From the NCBI RefSeq assembly GCF_013377755.1, contig NZ_JABXWR010000001.1, positions 227,104 to 259,103 on the forward strand: a stretch of DNA of 32,000 nucleotides, given 5' to 3'. The stretch's first letter is position 1, and each line of letters opens with the position of its first letter. The notes beneath the pieces are model-generated. The model was not told the origin of the DNA, ran no database searches, and worked only from the letters and a program-made list of their open reading frames with translations. Below, piece by piece: positions 24,327-32,000 of the stretch. Position numbers and translations under genes: made by a program. This stretch comes from Methanofollis tationis. GTDB taxonomy: Archaea; Halobacteriota; Methanomicrobia; Methanomicrobiales; Methanofollaceae.

Positions 24327-24586
24327 GATTCTAGATCATCGATAAAATCGACATCGCTCTTTCTGGTGAATGTACCTTTTTTAAACTCCTCAAATGCCTT
24401 TTCTGTTCTCTCTGCAAAGATAATGTCTTCTTTTAGCTCCGGCTCCAGTTCATCAAGGGGTTTTACGATAAAACGGCCGCCCTCCCTGATGACGAGCAGG
24501 TGTGTCCCCTCGACAAGATCTTTCCTCATAGATGCCGGAATGACGATCTGCCCCTTCGAACTCAGTCTGGTGATGCCAATGTCCAT
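24320..24586 (-). CDS. AbrB/SpoVT-type antitoxin
   Basis: The N-terminus ITRLSSKGQIVIPASMRKDL is the swapped-hairpin AbrB/MazE-like signature. Confidence 0.65.
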   Translation of the reverse strand: MDIGITRLSSKGQIVIPASMRKDLVEGTHLLVIREGGRFIVKPLDELEPELKEDIIFAERTEKAFEEFKKGTFTRKSDVDFIDDLESW

Positions 24587-24812
24587 GGGTGTCCAGTAAG
24601 ATTTATCTTACTCTACCTATATGGCTCTTTGCATGGTGCCGACCGAACGCCTCCGCCCCTCGGTCCTTCCCTCAGGCATCGCAGATGTCGAGCAACGCAC
24701 GGATCAGGGGTTTTTGTGCCGGGCCTCCTGTCCTGTCTCACTGCCGTCCCGGTCATTCCCCGTGGGCCGGGGATATCTATACAACAGAGAAAGATGCATA
24801 TCCCGATCAGCA

Positions 24813-25130
24813 ATGGACACGGCCGCTCTGCAGTGTGGCGGGGAATGCGCGAGGATCGTCGGCATTCTCCAGGCGAAAAAGGCGTACCTGGAGGAGACAT
24901 ACCACGTCAGGTCCATCGGCCTCTTCGGGTCGTGCCGGCGGGGCGAGGAGCGCGAGGGGAGCGATGTGGATATTCTGGTGGAATTCTCCGAAGTTCCGGG
25001 GATCTTCGGGTTTATCAGGCTCGAGCGGTATCTCTCCGAGATCCTCGGAAGAAAGGTGGACCTGGTCGAAAAGAGTGCACTCAAACCCCGCATCGGCCGC
25101 CATGTCCAGAAAGAGGTTCTCTATATATGA
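24813..25130 (+). CDS. minimal nucleotidyltransferase antitoxin (MNT)
   Basis: IGLFGSCRRGEEREGSDVDILVEF is the GSxxRGxxxxxSDxDxLV motif. It has an ATGA overlap with the downstream DUF86 gene. Confidence 0.75.
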   Translation: MDTAALQCGGECARIVGILQAKKAYLEETYHVRSIGLFGSCRRGEEREGSDVDILVEFSEVPGIFGFIRLERYLSEILGRKVDLVEKSALKPRIGRHVQKEVLYI

Positions 25131-25520
25131 CCGCGCGGCGCAGTCCCCTCGATTATGTGGACGATATCCTTGACGCCGTTGACAAGATCGAGATCTTCAC
25201 CGAGGGCATGTCGTATGAGCAGTTTTGCGGGGACGACAAGACCGTCTATGCGGTCACGCGAGCGCTGGAGGTGGATCGGTGAGGCGACCAAATGCATCCC
25301 CCGCGAGGTCAGAGAGAAACACCCTGCTCTTCCCTGGACAGAAATGGCCGGTATGCGGGACAAACTGATTCATGCCTATTTCGGGATCAACAGGGCGATC
25401 ATCTGGACGACGGTCCGGAATGATATTCCCCCGCTCAGGTCTGCGGTCCGGAGTCTCCGTGACGACCTGATGGCAGAGGACGCGAGGGATGAATCTCTCT
25501 TCGAACCCCGCGATCCCTGA
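25127..25520 (+). pseudogene. HEPN/DUF86 toxin gene with a +1 frameshift
   Basis: MTARRSPLDYVDDILDAVDKIEIFTEGMSYEQF...AVTRALEV stops at 25280-25282. IGEATKCIPREVREKHPALPWTEMAGMRDKLIHAYFGIN continues in another frame. An extra g in ggtgGatcgg explains the shift. Confidence 0.7.
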
Positions 25521-25661
25521 CCGGTGCTTCATGCCCCGGCCTGAGGGACGAGATCGTGCTCTGCGCTTTTTTCCAGAGACCTTCCGTGGCCCCGCCTCTC
25601 GTTATCAGGGCGAACGCCATGCAAGGGGCCAGCAGCAGATCGCGGAGACGGGAGCAGCCCC

Positions 25662-25985
25662 ATGGCAACCTCTATTCAGATGGGAGAGGATCAGATGAGC
25701 CTGTATGCGGATGTGCTCGAAAAACGGGATGAGATCCTGCGGATCGCAGCAGGTCACGGTGCTGTTAGGGTCCGGCTCTTCGGCTCGGCCGTCAGGGGCG
25801 AGGAGACCCCGGAGAGCGACATCGATCTCCTCGTCGAATTTGAACCGGGACGAAATCTCCTCGACCATGTCGCCCTCGTCCAGGATCTGGAGGACCTGCT
25901 CGGCCGCACGGTCGATGTGGTGACCGAGGGAGGACTGCACTGGTATATCAGGGACCGCATCCACCAGGAGGCCGTACCCCTGTGA
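25662..25985 (+). CDS. minimal nucleotidyltransferase antitoxin (MNT)
   Basis: RLFGSAVRGEETPESDIDLLVEF motif. The true start may be the internal MSLYADV. Confidence 0.7.
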   Translation: MATSIQMGEDQMSLYADVLEKRDEILRIAAGHGAVRVRLFGSAVRGEETPESDIDLLVEFEPGRNLLDHVALVQDLEDLLGRTVDVVTEGGLHWYIRDRIHQEAVPL

Positions 25986-26339
25986 AAGACGATCTGGCCG
26001 TACCTCATCCATATCCTCGAATGTACCGATAGGATCGAGTCCTACACGCAGGGGGGGCGGGAGGCGTTCATCCGCTCTGCAGAAGTGTATTCCCTGACCG
26101 AAACAATTGCAGACACGTCCATCCATCTGCGACGAACACATGGCATCAGGATCCCCGATGCAGTGATTGCGGCCACCGCACTGGTCCACGACTGTGCACC
26201 CGGAACGAGAGCGATTTTTCCGGGATATGCATGCTTGAGATCGTCAATCCGTTCCGTGGGGAGAACAATCCCGGGAGTACAGACGAGATCGGGTGACATG
26301 GCAAGCAGGGTCGGCCGCGGGAGGAAACCCATATCCTGA
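25982..26339 (+). pseudogene. composite debris: DUF86 N-terminal fragment joined to a VapC/PIN C-terminal fragment, multiply frameshifted
   Basis: Hand translation gives LIHILECTDRIESYTQGGREAF (DUF86 N-terminus), then IRIPDAVIAATALVHDC and, after a shift, TRNESDFSGICMLEIVNPF (PIN C-terminus). Confidence 0.5.
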
Positions 26340-26342
26340 TCC

Positions 26343-26690
26343 GTGCGTACCAGAGGTAATAGCATGCTGACGGCTGAGGGCATCATCGGTGCGCTGGCAG
26401 ATCACCGGGCGCGGATCCGGAGCCTCGGCGTCCGGCGGATCGGGATTTTCGGATCCTTCGTCCGGGGCGAAGAAGGCGAAGACAGCGATATCGATACCCT
26501 GATCGAGTTCGAAGAGGGGAGGCGCTCCTTTGACACCTATATGGACCTCACGTTTTTCCTCGAAGACCTCTTCGGGAGGAGCGTCGACCTCGTCGACCGG
26601 GACACCTTAAAACCGGGTCTTGCACCCCACATCCTCCGGAGCGTCAGGTATGTCCAGGGAATAGAATCTCTATCTAAGAGACATTCTTGA
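26343..26690 (+). CDS. minimal nucleotidyltransferase antitoxin (MNT)
   Basis: IGIFGSFVRGEEGEDSDIDTLIEF motif. An alternative start is the ATG at 26364. Confidence 0.75.
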   Translation: MRTRGNSMLTAEGIIGALADHRARIRSLGVRRIGIFGSFVRGEEGEDSDIDTLIEFEEGRRSFDTYMDLTFFLEDLFGRSVDLVDRDTLKPGLAPHILRSVRYVQGIESLSKRHS

Positions 26691-26988
26691 GGCGATCGAG
26701 AGGATTCAGCGATATACCCGGGGAATGGACTACGAAGCGTTCATAAAGGACGATCTTGTGCAGGACGGGGTGATCCGGAACCTCATGGTGATCGGCGAGG
26801 CCGTCAAACTCATTCCCGAACCGCTCACGTCCGGGCATCCCGGTGTTCCCTGGAGAAAGATTGCAGGCATGCGGGACATTCTCAATCACGCCAATTTCGG
26901 GGTGCATACAGAGATCGTGTGGGATGTCGTCCGGAACAAAATTCCTGATCTGCAGGCTGCGGTCAGGGAGATGCTCGATCTCGCCTGA
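26650..26988 (+). pseudogene. HEPN/DUF86 toxin gene with an in-frame TAG at codon 5
   Basis: atg tcc agg gaa TAG aat ctc tat cta aga gac... gives MSRE*NLYLRDILEAIERIQRYTRGMDYEAF...IGEAVK...WRKIAGMRDILNHANFGV. Only the ORF from Met 26725 is uninterrupted. Confidence 0.65.
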
Positions 26989-27045
26989 TAATCGTTCCCG
27001 CTTCAGGGTGGCGATGGGGAACACTCCATTGGCCCCCCCCTTCAC

Positions 27046-27279
27046 CATTGCCAAAATACGCCCATACCGGGCCCGGATCCGGGGATCGCCCGGCCAATCG
27101 CGGCCCGTACCGCCGTGATCCGCCGATCCATCCCCTTCGGGCGGCATCGGAGAAACCCACGAAATACCTCCCCCTCTCCTGCTCCGCTGGCGGCCAGTAT
27201 GATTGTTAGTACTACAAACCCCTTCAAACCCCTCGCAGACGGCCGGGGAGGGAAAAGGAGTGCAGGCGGAAATCTGGCC
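27046..27279. repeat. novel non-coding repeat family, copy E
   Basis: It has the same ordered blocks and lies 187 nt past the HicA stop at 27467. Confidence 0.8.
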
Positions 27280-27466
27280 ATTACGGCGAGCGTTTCCGGG
27301 TGTGAGCGGACATTTGCGCTGGCATCTCTCCACGTGGAAAAAGGCACGCCAGGGGCTGATGGGATCAGGTGGGACGTGCCCATGTGAAGTGGCGAAGAGC
27401 CTGAAACTACCCTGCAGGGGCCATCGTATCCTGGCGGCACAGTACTCTGTCGAGGAGTTCTGCGCC

Positions 27467-27691
27467 TTACAGGAGGTCCTGGATCTCCTCCCGCTCAATC
27501 CCGGCCCGTTTGAGGATCTCAAGAAGCGTACCGGTCGGCAGAACGCCCGTATGGACCGGTACGACAACCCGGCGCTTTGTCTCAGGATGGTAGAAGAGGT
27601 GGTGGCTCCCTTTCACCCGGCTCAGCACAAAACCCTTCTTCTCCAGGATCCTGATGACCTTCTGGGGCGTGAGTTGGGGAACTTTAGGCAT
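27467..27691 (-). CDS. hicA: HicA toxin
   Basis: PQKVIRILEKKGFVLSRVKGSHHLFYHP....VVVPVH.GVLPTGTLLEILKRAGI is the canonical HicA pattern. Confidence 0.8.
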   Translation of the reverse strand: MPKVPQLTPQKVIRILEKKGFVLSRVKGSHHLFYHPETKRRVVVPVHTGVLPTGTLLEILKRAGIEREEIQDLL

Positions 27692-27956
27692 GGGCTTCGA
27701 CGGTGAGGGTGTACTCCAGCAGGCCCTCCTCGGTCGGGATATCCTCGCCCTTCTCCCGGAGGTCCTCGATATAGAGCTCGATAGCTTCCCGCGCCATCGC
27801 TATCGCCTCGTCGATCGTCTCCCCGTAGGTGACGCAACCAGGAAGCAATGGGACTGTCACGGTATACCCCCCCTCTGGTTCTCTCCGGAGGAGGATGCGG
27901 TAATTCAGGTATTTCATCTCCTTCCACACCCCGCGGATCCGCTCATGATGTATCAA
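27684..27956 (-). CDS. hicB: HicB antitoxin (likely start at the ATG at 27917)
   Basis: YRILLRREPEGGYTVTVPLLPGCVTYGETIDEAIAMAREAIELYIEDL is the canonical HicB N-domain. It overlaps hicA by 8 nt. Confidence 0.8.
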   Translation of the reverse strand: MIHHERIRGVWKEMKYLNYRILLRREPEGGYTVTVPLLPGCVTYGETIDEAIAMAREAIELYIEDLREKGEDIPTEEGLLEYTLTVEAHA

Positions 27957-28072
27957 TAGCCCGATACCCTATAAATACCAACCGAACACGGGAGCACGGC
28001 ACTCTGGAGGGTATCCTGTGAAGGTACAGCTCTACTCAGGGGCATAAAGGAACACTGGACGTGAAAAAAATC

Positions 28073-28258
28073 TTATAGGGGGCCATTGGAGGTTCGAATT
28101 CGCTTCTTCATCCCTTCGAGCGTGATGGCCGGTTCATCCCGTCGCTCTGCCGCCACCGCCAGATCATGGAGGTCCTCCTCGTCGTCGCGGAGGGGAAGAA
28201 TCACGGCAACGCCCTCTCCATGCTCATCAGTGATAGAGTGCTCTTTTACCGCGCTCAA
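28073..28258 (-). CDS. orphan antitoxin-like ORF (Phd/YefM- or RelB-like), low confidence
   Basis: GVAVILPLRDDEEDLHDLAVAAERRDEPAITLEGMKKRI resembles antitoxin C-terminal halves. A short RelE-like N-terminal remnant (YKIFFTSS...) follows at about 28040-28072. Confidence 0.35.
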   Translation of the reverse strand: MSAVKEHSITDEHGEGVAVILPLRDDEEDLHDLAVAAERRDEPAITLEGMKKRIRTSNGPL

Positions 28259-28593
28259 TTCTTTTTGCCCCCTGTGGGGTGTGTGTCATATATCATTCAT
28301 CTCTTTCTGCAGGGTGTCGTCAGCAGAATCGAAGATCCTGAACTGGATGCACCGTCCAGAAAGACCTGTGAACCTTCCGGCAATGATCTCCTTGGCACGC
28401 TCCTGCACCCTCTGCCGGTGCTCACATTGCACACCCATCCGGAGGTATGGGATTGTTATCCTCTGACATGTGCCGGGCAACAAGGTATTTAACGCGGAAA
28501 ACAGGCAAAAAACCCGGCCACTACCTGCCGTCCTGCACCTCCCGTCATATTTATGGTTACATACATACTATGCACTACAAGGAGGCACCGGTC

Positions 28594-28818
28594 ATGCTGG
28601 TTAAATTTGATATCTATTTTGACGGTGAGTTCTGGTGTGCCCGCGGCATGGGTGTGGACATCTTTACGCAGGGCACGACGCTTGACGAACTCATGCAGAA
28701 TATCAAAGATGCCGTAGAACTGCACTTTGAAGAGACTATCGATGCCGGAGAGCAGATCACGGTGGTATCCCTGACAGAACTTCAGGTCGGTTCAATTGCC
28801 AAAATCTCCGGTTGTTAG
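28594..28818 (+). CDS. HicB-family antitoxin (short form)
   Basis: MLVKFDIYFDGEFWCARGMGVDIFTQGTTLDELMQNIKDAVELHFEE. It overlaps the downstream HicA-like gene. Confidence 0.6.
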   Translation: MLVKFDIYFDGEFWCARGMGVDIFTQGTTLDELMQNIKDAVELHFEETIDAGEQITVVSLTELQVGSIAKISGC

Positions 28819-29038
28819 CGGTTCTCTTCTGGTGAAGGTGCTCGGCTCGCTTGGATATACCGTTCTGCGGCAGCGTGGCAGCCATGTTCAACTGAGCAAG
28901 AATACACCTGCTGGAGAACACCGGATCACGGTTCCCCTCCATGACGAGATTGCAAAAGGCACCCTGAATGATATCGTCGCAAAGGTGTCGCAGTGGAACT
29001 GCATCGCAAAAGAGGACCTCTTAGATCTTCTGCGATGA
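28796..29038 (+). CDS. HicA-family toxin
   Basis: SGSLLVKVLGSLGYTVLRQRGSHVQLSK......RITVPLHDEIAKGTLNDIV. Confidence 0.65.
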   Translation: MPKSPVVSGSLLVKVLGSLGYTVLRQRGSHVQLSKNTPAGEHRITVPLHDEIAKGTLNDIVAKVSQWNCIAKEDLLDLLR

Positions 29039-29177
29039 TATGTCCGGTCTGTAAACGCTGAAGTCTCTGGCTATTTCTGTGGAAGCAGTTATTATGGTCG
29101 TGCAGAATGGCGGCTGTTATTCCAGGACGTTTCAATCGCTCGGCAGATGAAACCTTACTCTTTCGAGAGTATTTTTA

Positions 29178-29408
29178 TCACCCTCTCTCCCGGGACCATG
29201 CACCGACACTCCCGGCCACCTCAAACGTCGTGATGATGGGCCGCCCTCCTTCCTCCATCGGGAACTCGGCGAGGTACAACGCTGTGGCCTCCTTAAGGTT
29301 TGCCACTGCCTCTTCCACCGTCCTGCCCTGGCTGACAGTACCCACCTCCGGGCATTCAGCGATGTACATATCCTCTTCCCTGGAGAGTACGGCCGTCAAC
29401 GTCCTCAT
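29178..29408 (-). CDS. HicB-family antitoxin (UPF0150-like); the partner HicA is degraded
   Basis: LTAVLSREEDMYIAECPEVGTVSQGRTVEEAVANLKEATALYL. Downstream, 29040-29177 contains only HicA-like fragments (VIKILSKE* ...). Confidence 0.6.
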   Translation of the reverse strand: MRTLTAVLSREEDMYIAECPEVGTVSQGRTVEEAVANLKEATALYLAEFPMEEGGRPIITTFEVAGSVGAWSRERG

Positions 29409-29563
29409 ACGAGGGTATCATCTCCCTTCATAGATAATAGTGACCGATATGCCTCCTGCCGGCGTCCCTCGTTGCCCGGGCCCCTGGATGGAACCATATC
29501 CCTGAGGGCGCATGCAAAAATTCATCCGCTTCCCTTTTGATAACAGGAGCGAACTCCCACGCC

Positions 29564-30028
29564 TCACTCGTCCTTTATGATCGCTTCCGGGTCAAAGGCG
29601 ACGAACTCACCCGCCCTGTCGATACCAGCGATCGTCTGCCAGTCCCGCTCTGACCGGTTCGCCATGACATCGGCCTCAAATGCGATCTGCAGCCCCTCAT
29701 CCCGGGCAAAGACGGCTCTCCCCCTCCTCACCACCTCGTACTGAAACTCCACAGGTGCATTGTTGAGGATCCGAAGATCCACATCAAACCTCGGGGTGAT
29801 GCACCGCTCCAGGTCTGATGCGATCGTCATGGAGTACTTGAAGAGTTCATAGGCTTTCCTCTCCCTGGAAAGGAGAATCCCTATATCGATGTCATGAACG
29901 TCGTTCCGCACCAGGAACGAACCCTGGAGGTAACCGAGCAGGAGATCCTCGAAACCTGACAGGCACCGGCTGATCTCTTTGATCATCCGTTCTTTATCGA
30001 TATCGTTTCCATCTCGCCCAGGAGACAT
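29564..30028 (-). CDS. chimeric ORF: MNT nucleotidyltransferase (residues 1 to about 120) fused to the C-terminus of the RelB-like antitoxin
   Basis: The first roughly 120 aa are near-identical to 20947-21384. The tail ...RDWQTIAGIDRAGEFVAFDPEAIIKDE matches the C-terminus of 20265-20522. The junction is at ...ttcgccatgac.... Confidence 0.7.
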   Translation of the reverse strand: MSPGRDGNDIDKERMIKEISRCLSGFEDLLLGYLQGSFLVRNDVHDIDIGILLSRERKAYELFKYSMTIASDLERCITPRFDVDLRILNNAPVEFQYEVVRRGRAVFARDEGLQIAFEADVMANRSERDWQTIAGIDRAGEFVAFDPEAIIKDE

Positions 30029-30164
30029 GATTGTTTCAACCTGATACCGGGGTTGAGTGAAGGTGGCATAAACCTTACTCTGTGATAGAGAAACCATCGT
30101 CCGCGATTGCTCGCGCCGGAAATAATCTCGATGAAAAGCGCTGGAGGGGCGACATCACCCTGGG

Positions 30165-30494
30165 TTATCCCGCCTGAAGGATCTCGATGAGCCTGGTGAT
30201 GACCGATAGTATCGCCTGATCATTGAGGTGGCCGGCCCGATACAGGACAAGACCGGCATCTGCGGAAAAAAGTCGGTTTTGCCGGATATTGCTCCCTTTT
30301 CTGAGCGTGCCCTCGGTGAAATCGGTATCGCTGATGGCATAGCGGTCCCGGACCTGCTGGCTCGTGATCTGGCAGAGGATAATGTCGTCGCCACCCGGGG
30401 TGGCAACGACGAAGGCCGGACGCCGTTTCACCGTTGTAAGATCAGAGAAGGGAAACGGCACGACAACAACATCACCTTTTACAAATCGCTCCAT
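30165..30494 (-). CDS. mazF: MazF/PemK-family toxin
   Basis: MERFVKGDVVVVPFPFSDLTTVKRRPAFVVA....DDIILCQITSQ is the canonical MazF N-terminus. The tracked ORF's upstream extension is spurious. Confidence 0.8.
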   Translation of the reverse strand: MERFVKGDVVVVPFPFSDLTTVKRRPAFVVATPGGDDIILCQITSQQVRDRYAISDTDFTEGTLRKGSNIRQNRLFSADAGLVLYRAGHLNDQAILSVITRLIEILQAG

Positions 30495-30676
30495 GCTTCC
30501 TCCTCCTCGGGAAGAAGCCAGTCTTTTCGGAGCATGGGCTCGCTCGCGAGGGCGGTGTCGGGTGCGGCCTTCTGGCGTGTATGTTTCAGGAACCTGATGA
30601 AACTGAGAACTTCTCTGGACGCCCCGGGCGAGAGATTGTTCAACTCGCTGATGATCTCCTCTTTCACTCGGCTCAT
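30479..30676 (-). CDS. MazE-like antitoxin (DUF2281-type)
   Basis: A 65-aa ORF with the C-terminal motif LRKDWLLPEEEEAWSDL. It overlaps mazF by 16 nt. Confidence 0.65.
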   Translation of the reverse strand: MSRVKEEIISELNNLSPGASREVLSFIRFLKHTRQKAAPDTALASEPMLRKDWLLPEEEEAWSDL

Positions 30677-30752
30677 GGCACATCGACCTGGTATGGTGTG
30701 GGTGGGGACCCCTGTCCGGCAGGTGCGGCGAGGGGATTATCTCATCACTGAT

Positions 30753-31200
30753 TTATTTTTCTGCAATTATGTATCTTTTGTGGATACCGTCACCTGATCC
30801 GCGCCGGTGATCTCGCTCATGATACTCAGTCATCTCCACAGCAGGAGCGAGTACTCTCTGTTTCGTGCAGGTCCTGTTCGAGCAGGTGCACCCGGGCTCG
30901 ACCACCGGGAGCCAGCCCCTCCTGACCTCCCCTGTTCCCGGGCGGTTTCCCCCCTCGTCAACGACCTCACACCGACAGCAGGCGGAATGCAGACCGATGA
31001 AAACCGTTGGGGTCAGGCGACGAGGAGAATGGATGAGCAGCGAGGAGTTACTGACCGCCCGTAGCATAGGCTTTTGTCCTGATCGAGGTCCTCGTCGAGA
31101 TGGTGCCGCGGGATCTTCCTGTGCCAGGCGATGCTCTCCCGGTGGTTCATCCCTGCGAGACTACACGCCTTCCCGGACGAGAGGATGCCTGCGCCTGCAG
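30753..31200 (-). pseudogene. degraded UPF0175-PIN (DUF3368-type) module, third copy
   Basis: GILSSGKACSLAGMNHRE...KIPRHHLDEDLDQDKSLC is followed by MLRAVSNSSLLIH... and ...VVEPGCTCSNRTC fragments in shifting frames. Confidence 0.5.
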
Positions 31201-31248
31201 TTTCAGTCGGGGAGCCGTCACAGAGCGATCTTTCCTGAATAACCTTGA

Positions 31249-31701
31249 TCAGGGACGCTCCCCGCCGCAAGCCCGTCTGCACAGGAGGGCCTCGATCTCC
31301 TGCCCGAACTGAGCGAAATCTCCGATATGCTCCTGCAGGATCGCAAAGGCGAGGGCATCGTCGATCACCCCGTAGCGGTGGACGACAATATTCCAAAACC
31401 CTTTCATCGCTTTGAGGTTCTTGAGCATTCCTCTGCTGAGGGCCCCGTGCCGTATCAGGTGGTCGACGATATCTTCGTCCGTGCCGGGCACACCGAGGCG
31501 GAGGTCGGTGTTCAGCACCGCACAGATATCAAAAACATTCTCGATGGCGAATCCCGCTCTCTTGTAGATACCGTCCCTGACGATCCCGGGTCTGGTGAAC
31601 GCCTCGGCCGCATCGGGCAGATGGTCCTGGACCATATCGATGCTCTCGGTCATCTCCTGAAGTTTGGTCTTGATGGCGGCACTTCTGATCGGTCCATTCA
31701 T
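31249..31701 (-). CDS. HEPN-domain toxin (HepT/DUF86-like)
   Basis: A 150-aa ORF. GFWNIVVHRYGVIDD occupies the usual HEPN motif position, although the canonical Arg of Rx4-6H reads Trp here. It has a 4-nt overlap with the upstream MNT gene. Confidence 0.65.
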   Translation of the reverse strand: MNGPIRSAAIKTKLQEMTESIDMVQDHLPDAAEAFTRPGIVRDGIYKRAGFAIENVFDICAVLNTDLRLGVPGTDEDIVDHLIRHGALSRGMLKNLKAMKGFWNIVVHRYGVIDDALAFAILQEHIGDFAQFGQEIEALLCRRACGGERP

Positions 31702-32000
31702 AGAATCGCCCGCTCCCCGATATAGTCATAGAGGCGGTGCTTGAATGCGTCGAACTCCCTGATGGTCTCGACGGCGACGTCGTACAAAAACCGCTCATCA
31801 GGGCAGTAGAGCACCCGTCCGCGGAGCACCTCCACCCTCACATAGAGCGGGAGCTGCTGAAAAATCTGGAGGTCATAGCGGTCGCTGAAGAGTTCGGCAA
31901 GCGCATTAAACCTGAACTTCGACGCCTCCGCGGGATCTCCGTCGAAGAAGACACAGAGGTCGATATCCGATCCCTCTCGTGCATCGCCGCGGGAGACAGA
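31698..32000 (-). CDS. MNT/MntA-like nucleotidyltransferase antitoxin, 5' end outside the window
   Basis: Hand translation is open to the window edge: SVSRGDAREGSDIDLCVFF...LYDYIGERAIL*. Confidence 0.65.
   Translation of the reverse strand, partial: SVSRGDAREGSDIDLCVFFDGDPAEASKFRFNALAELFSDRYDLQIFQQLPLYVRVEVLRGRVLYCPDERFLYDVAVETIREFDAFKHRLYDYIGERAIL

Noticed and set aside
26662-26664. The in-frame TAG read as pyrrolysine.
   Set aside because: Pyrrolysine use is established only in Methanosarcinales, Methanomassiliicoccales and a few bacteria, and there it is tied to methylamine methyltransferases. Nothing here supports it. The neighbouring toxin genes are also inactivated by other lesions.
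15224-27279. The possibility that the five repeats form a CRISPR array.
   Set aside because: The repeats are more than 200 bp and imperfect, and they are separated by 1.5-4 kb of genes. There are no short regular spacers and no cas genes.

Overview
High-GC (about 60%) archaeal chromosomal window, probably a Methanomicrobiales-type methanogen. This is inferred from class-III-signal-peptide pilin-like genes, AT-rich TATA-like boxes close to starts, and the IS and toxin-antitoxin (TA) content. No homology search was possible, so all product calls rest on motifs read by eye. The window has four parts. (1) 1-2.7 kb holds housekeeping genes: a PHP-domain gene end, a convergent UppS plus degenerate UppS-like pair, and a radical SAM gene. 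(2) 2.8-6.0 kb holds three type IV pilin-like genes. (3) 6.1-10.2 kb is a pile-up of IS5-, IS1634- and IS256-family elements that truncates a flippase gene. It is followed by a four-gene nucleotide-sugar operon (aminotransferase, oxidoreductase, 2-epimerase, dehydrogenase) at 10.5-15.0 kb. (4) 15.1-32 kb is a dense, heavily rearranged TA island with about 19 modules or remnants: RelE-like, UPF0175/PIN, MNT/HEPN, HicAB, MazEF and AbrB-type. A TnpB element and a second IS256 copy are nested inside one toxin gene. The most interesting signal is a non-coding repeat family of about 205-275 bp with five co-oriented copies. Each copy lies just 3' of a minus-strand toxin gene and carries hairpins at conserved positions. 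It may be a cassette-boundary or recombination element, an IS200/IS605-related non-autonomous element, or a structured RNA. No rRNA, tRNA or CRISPR array was seen.
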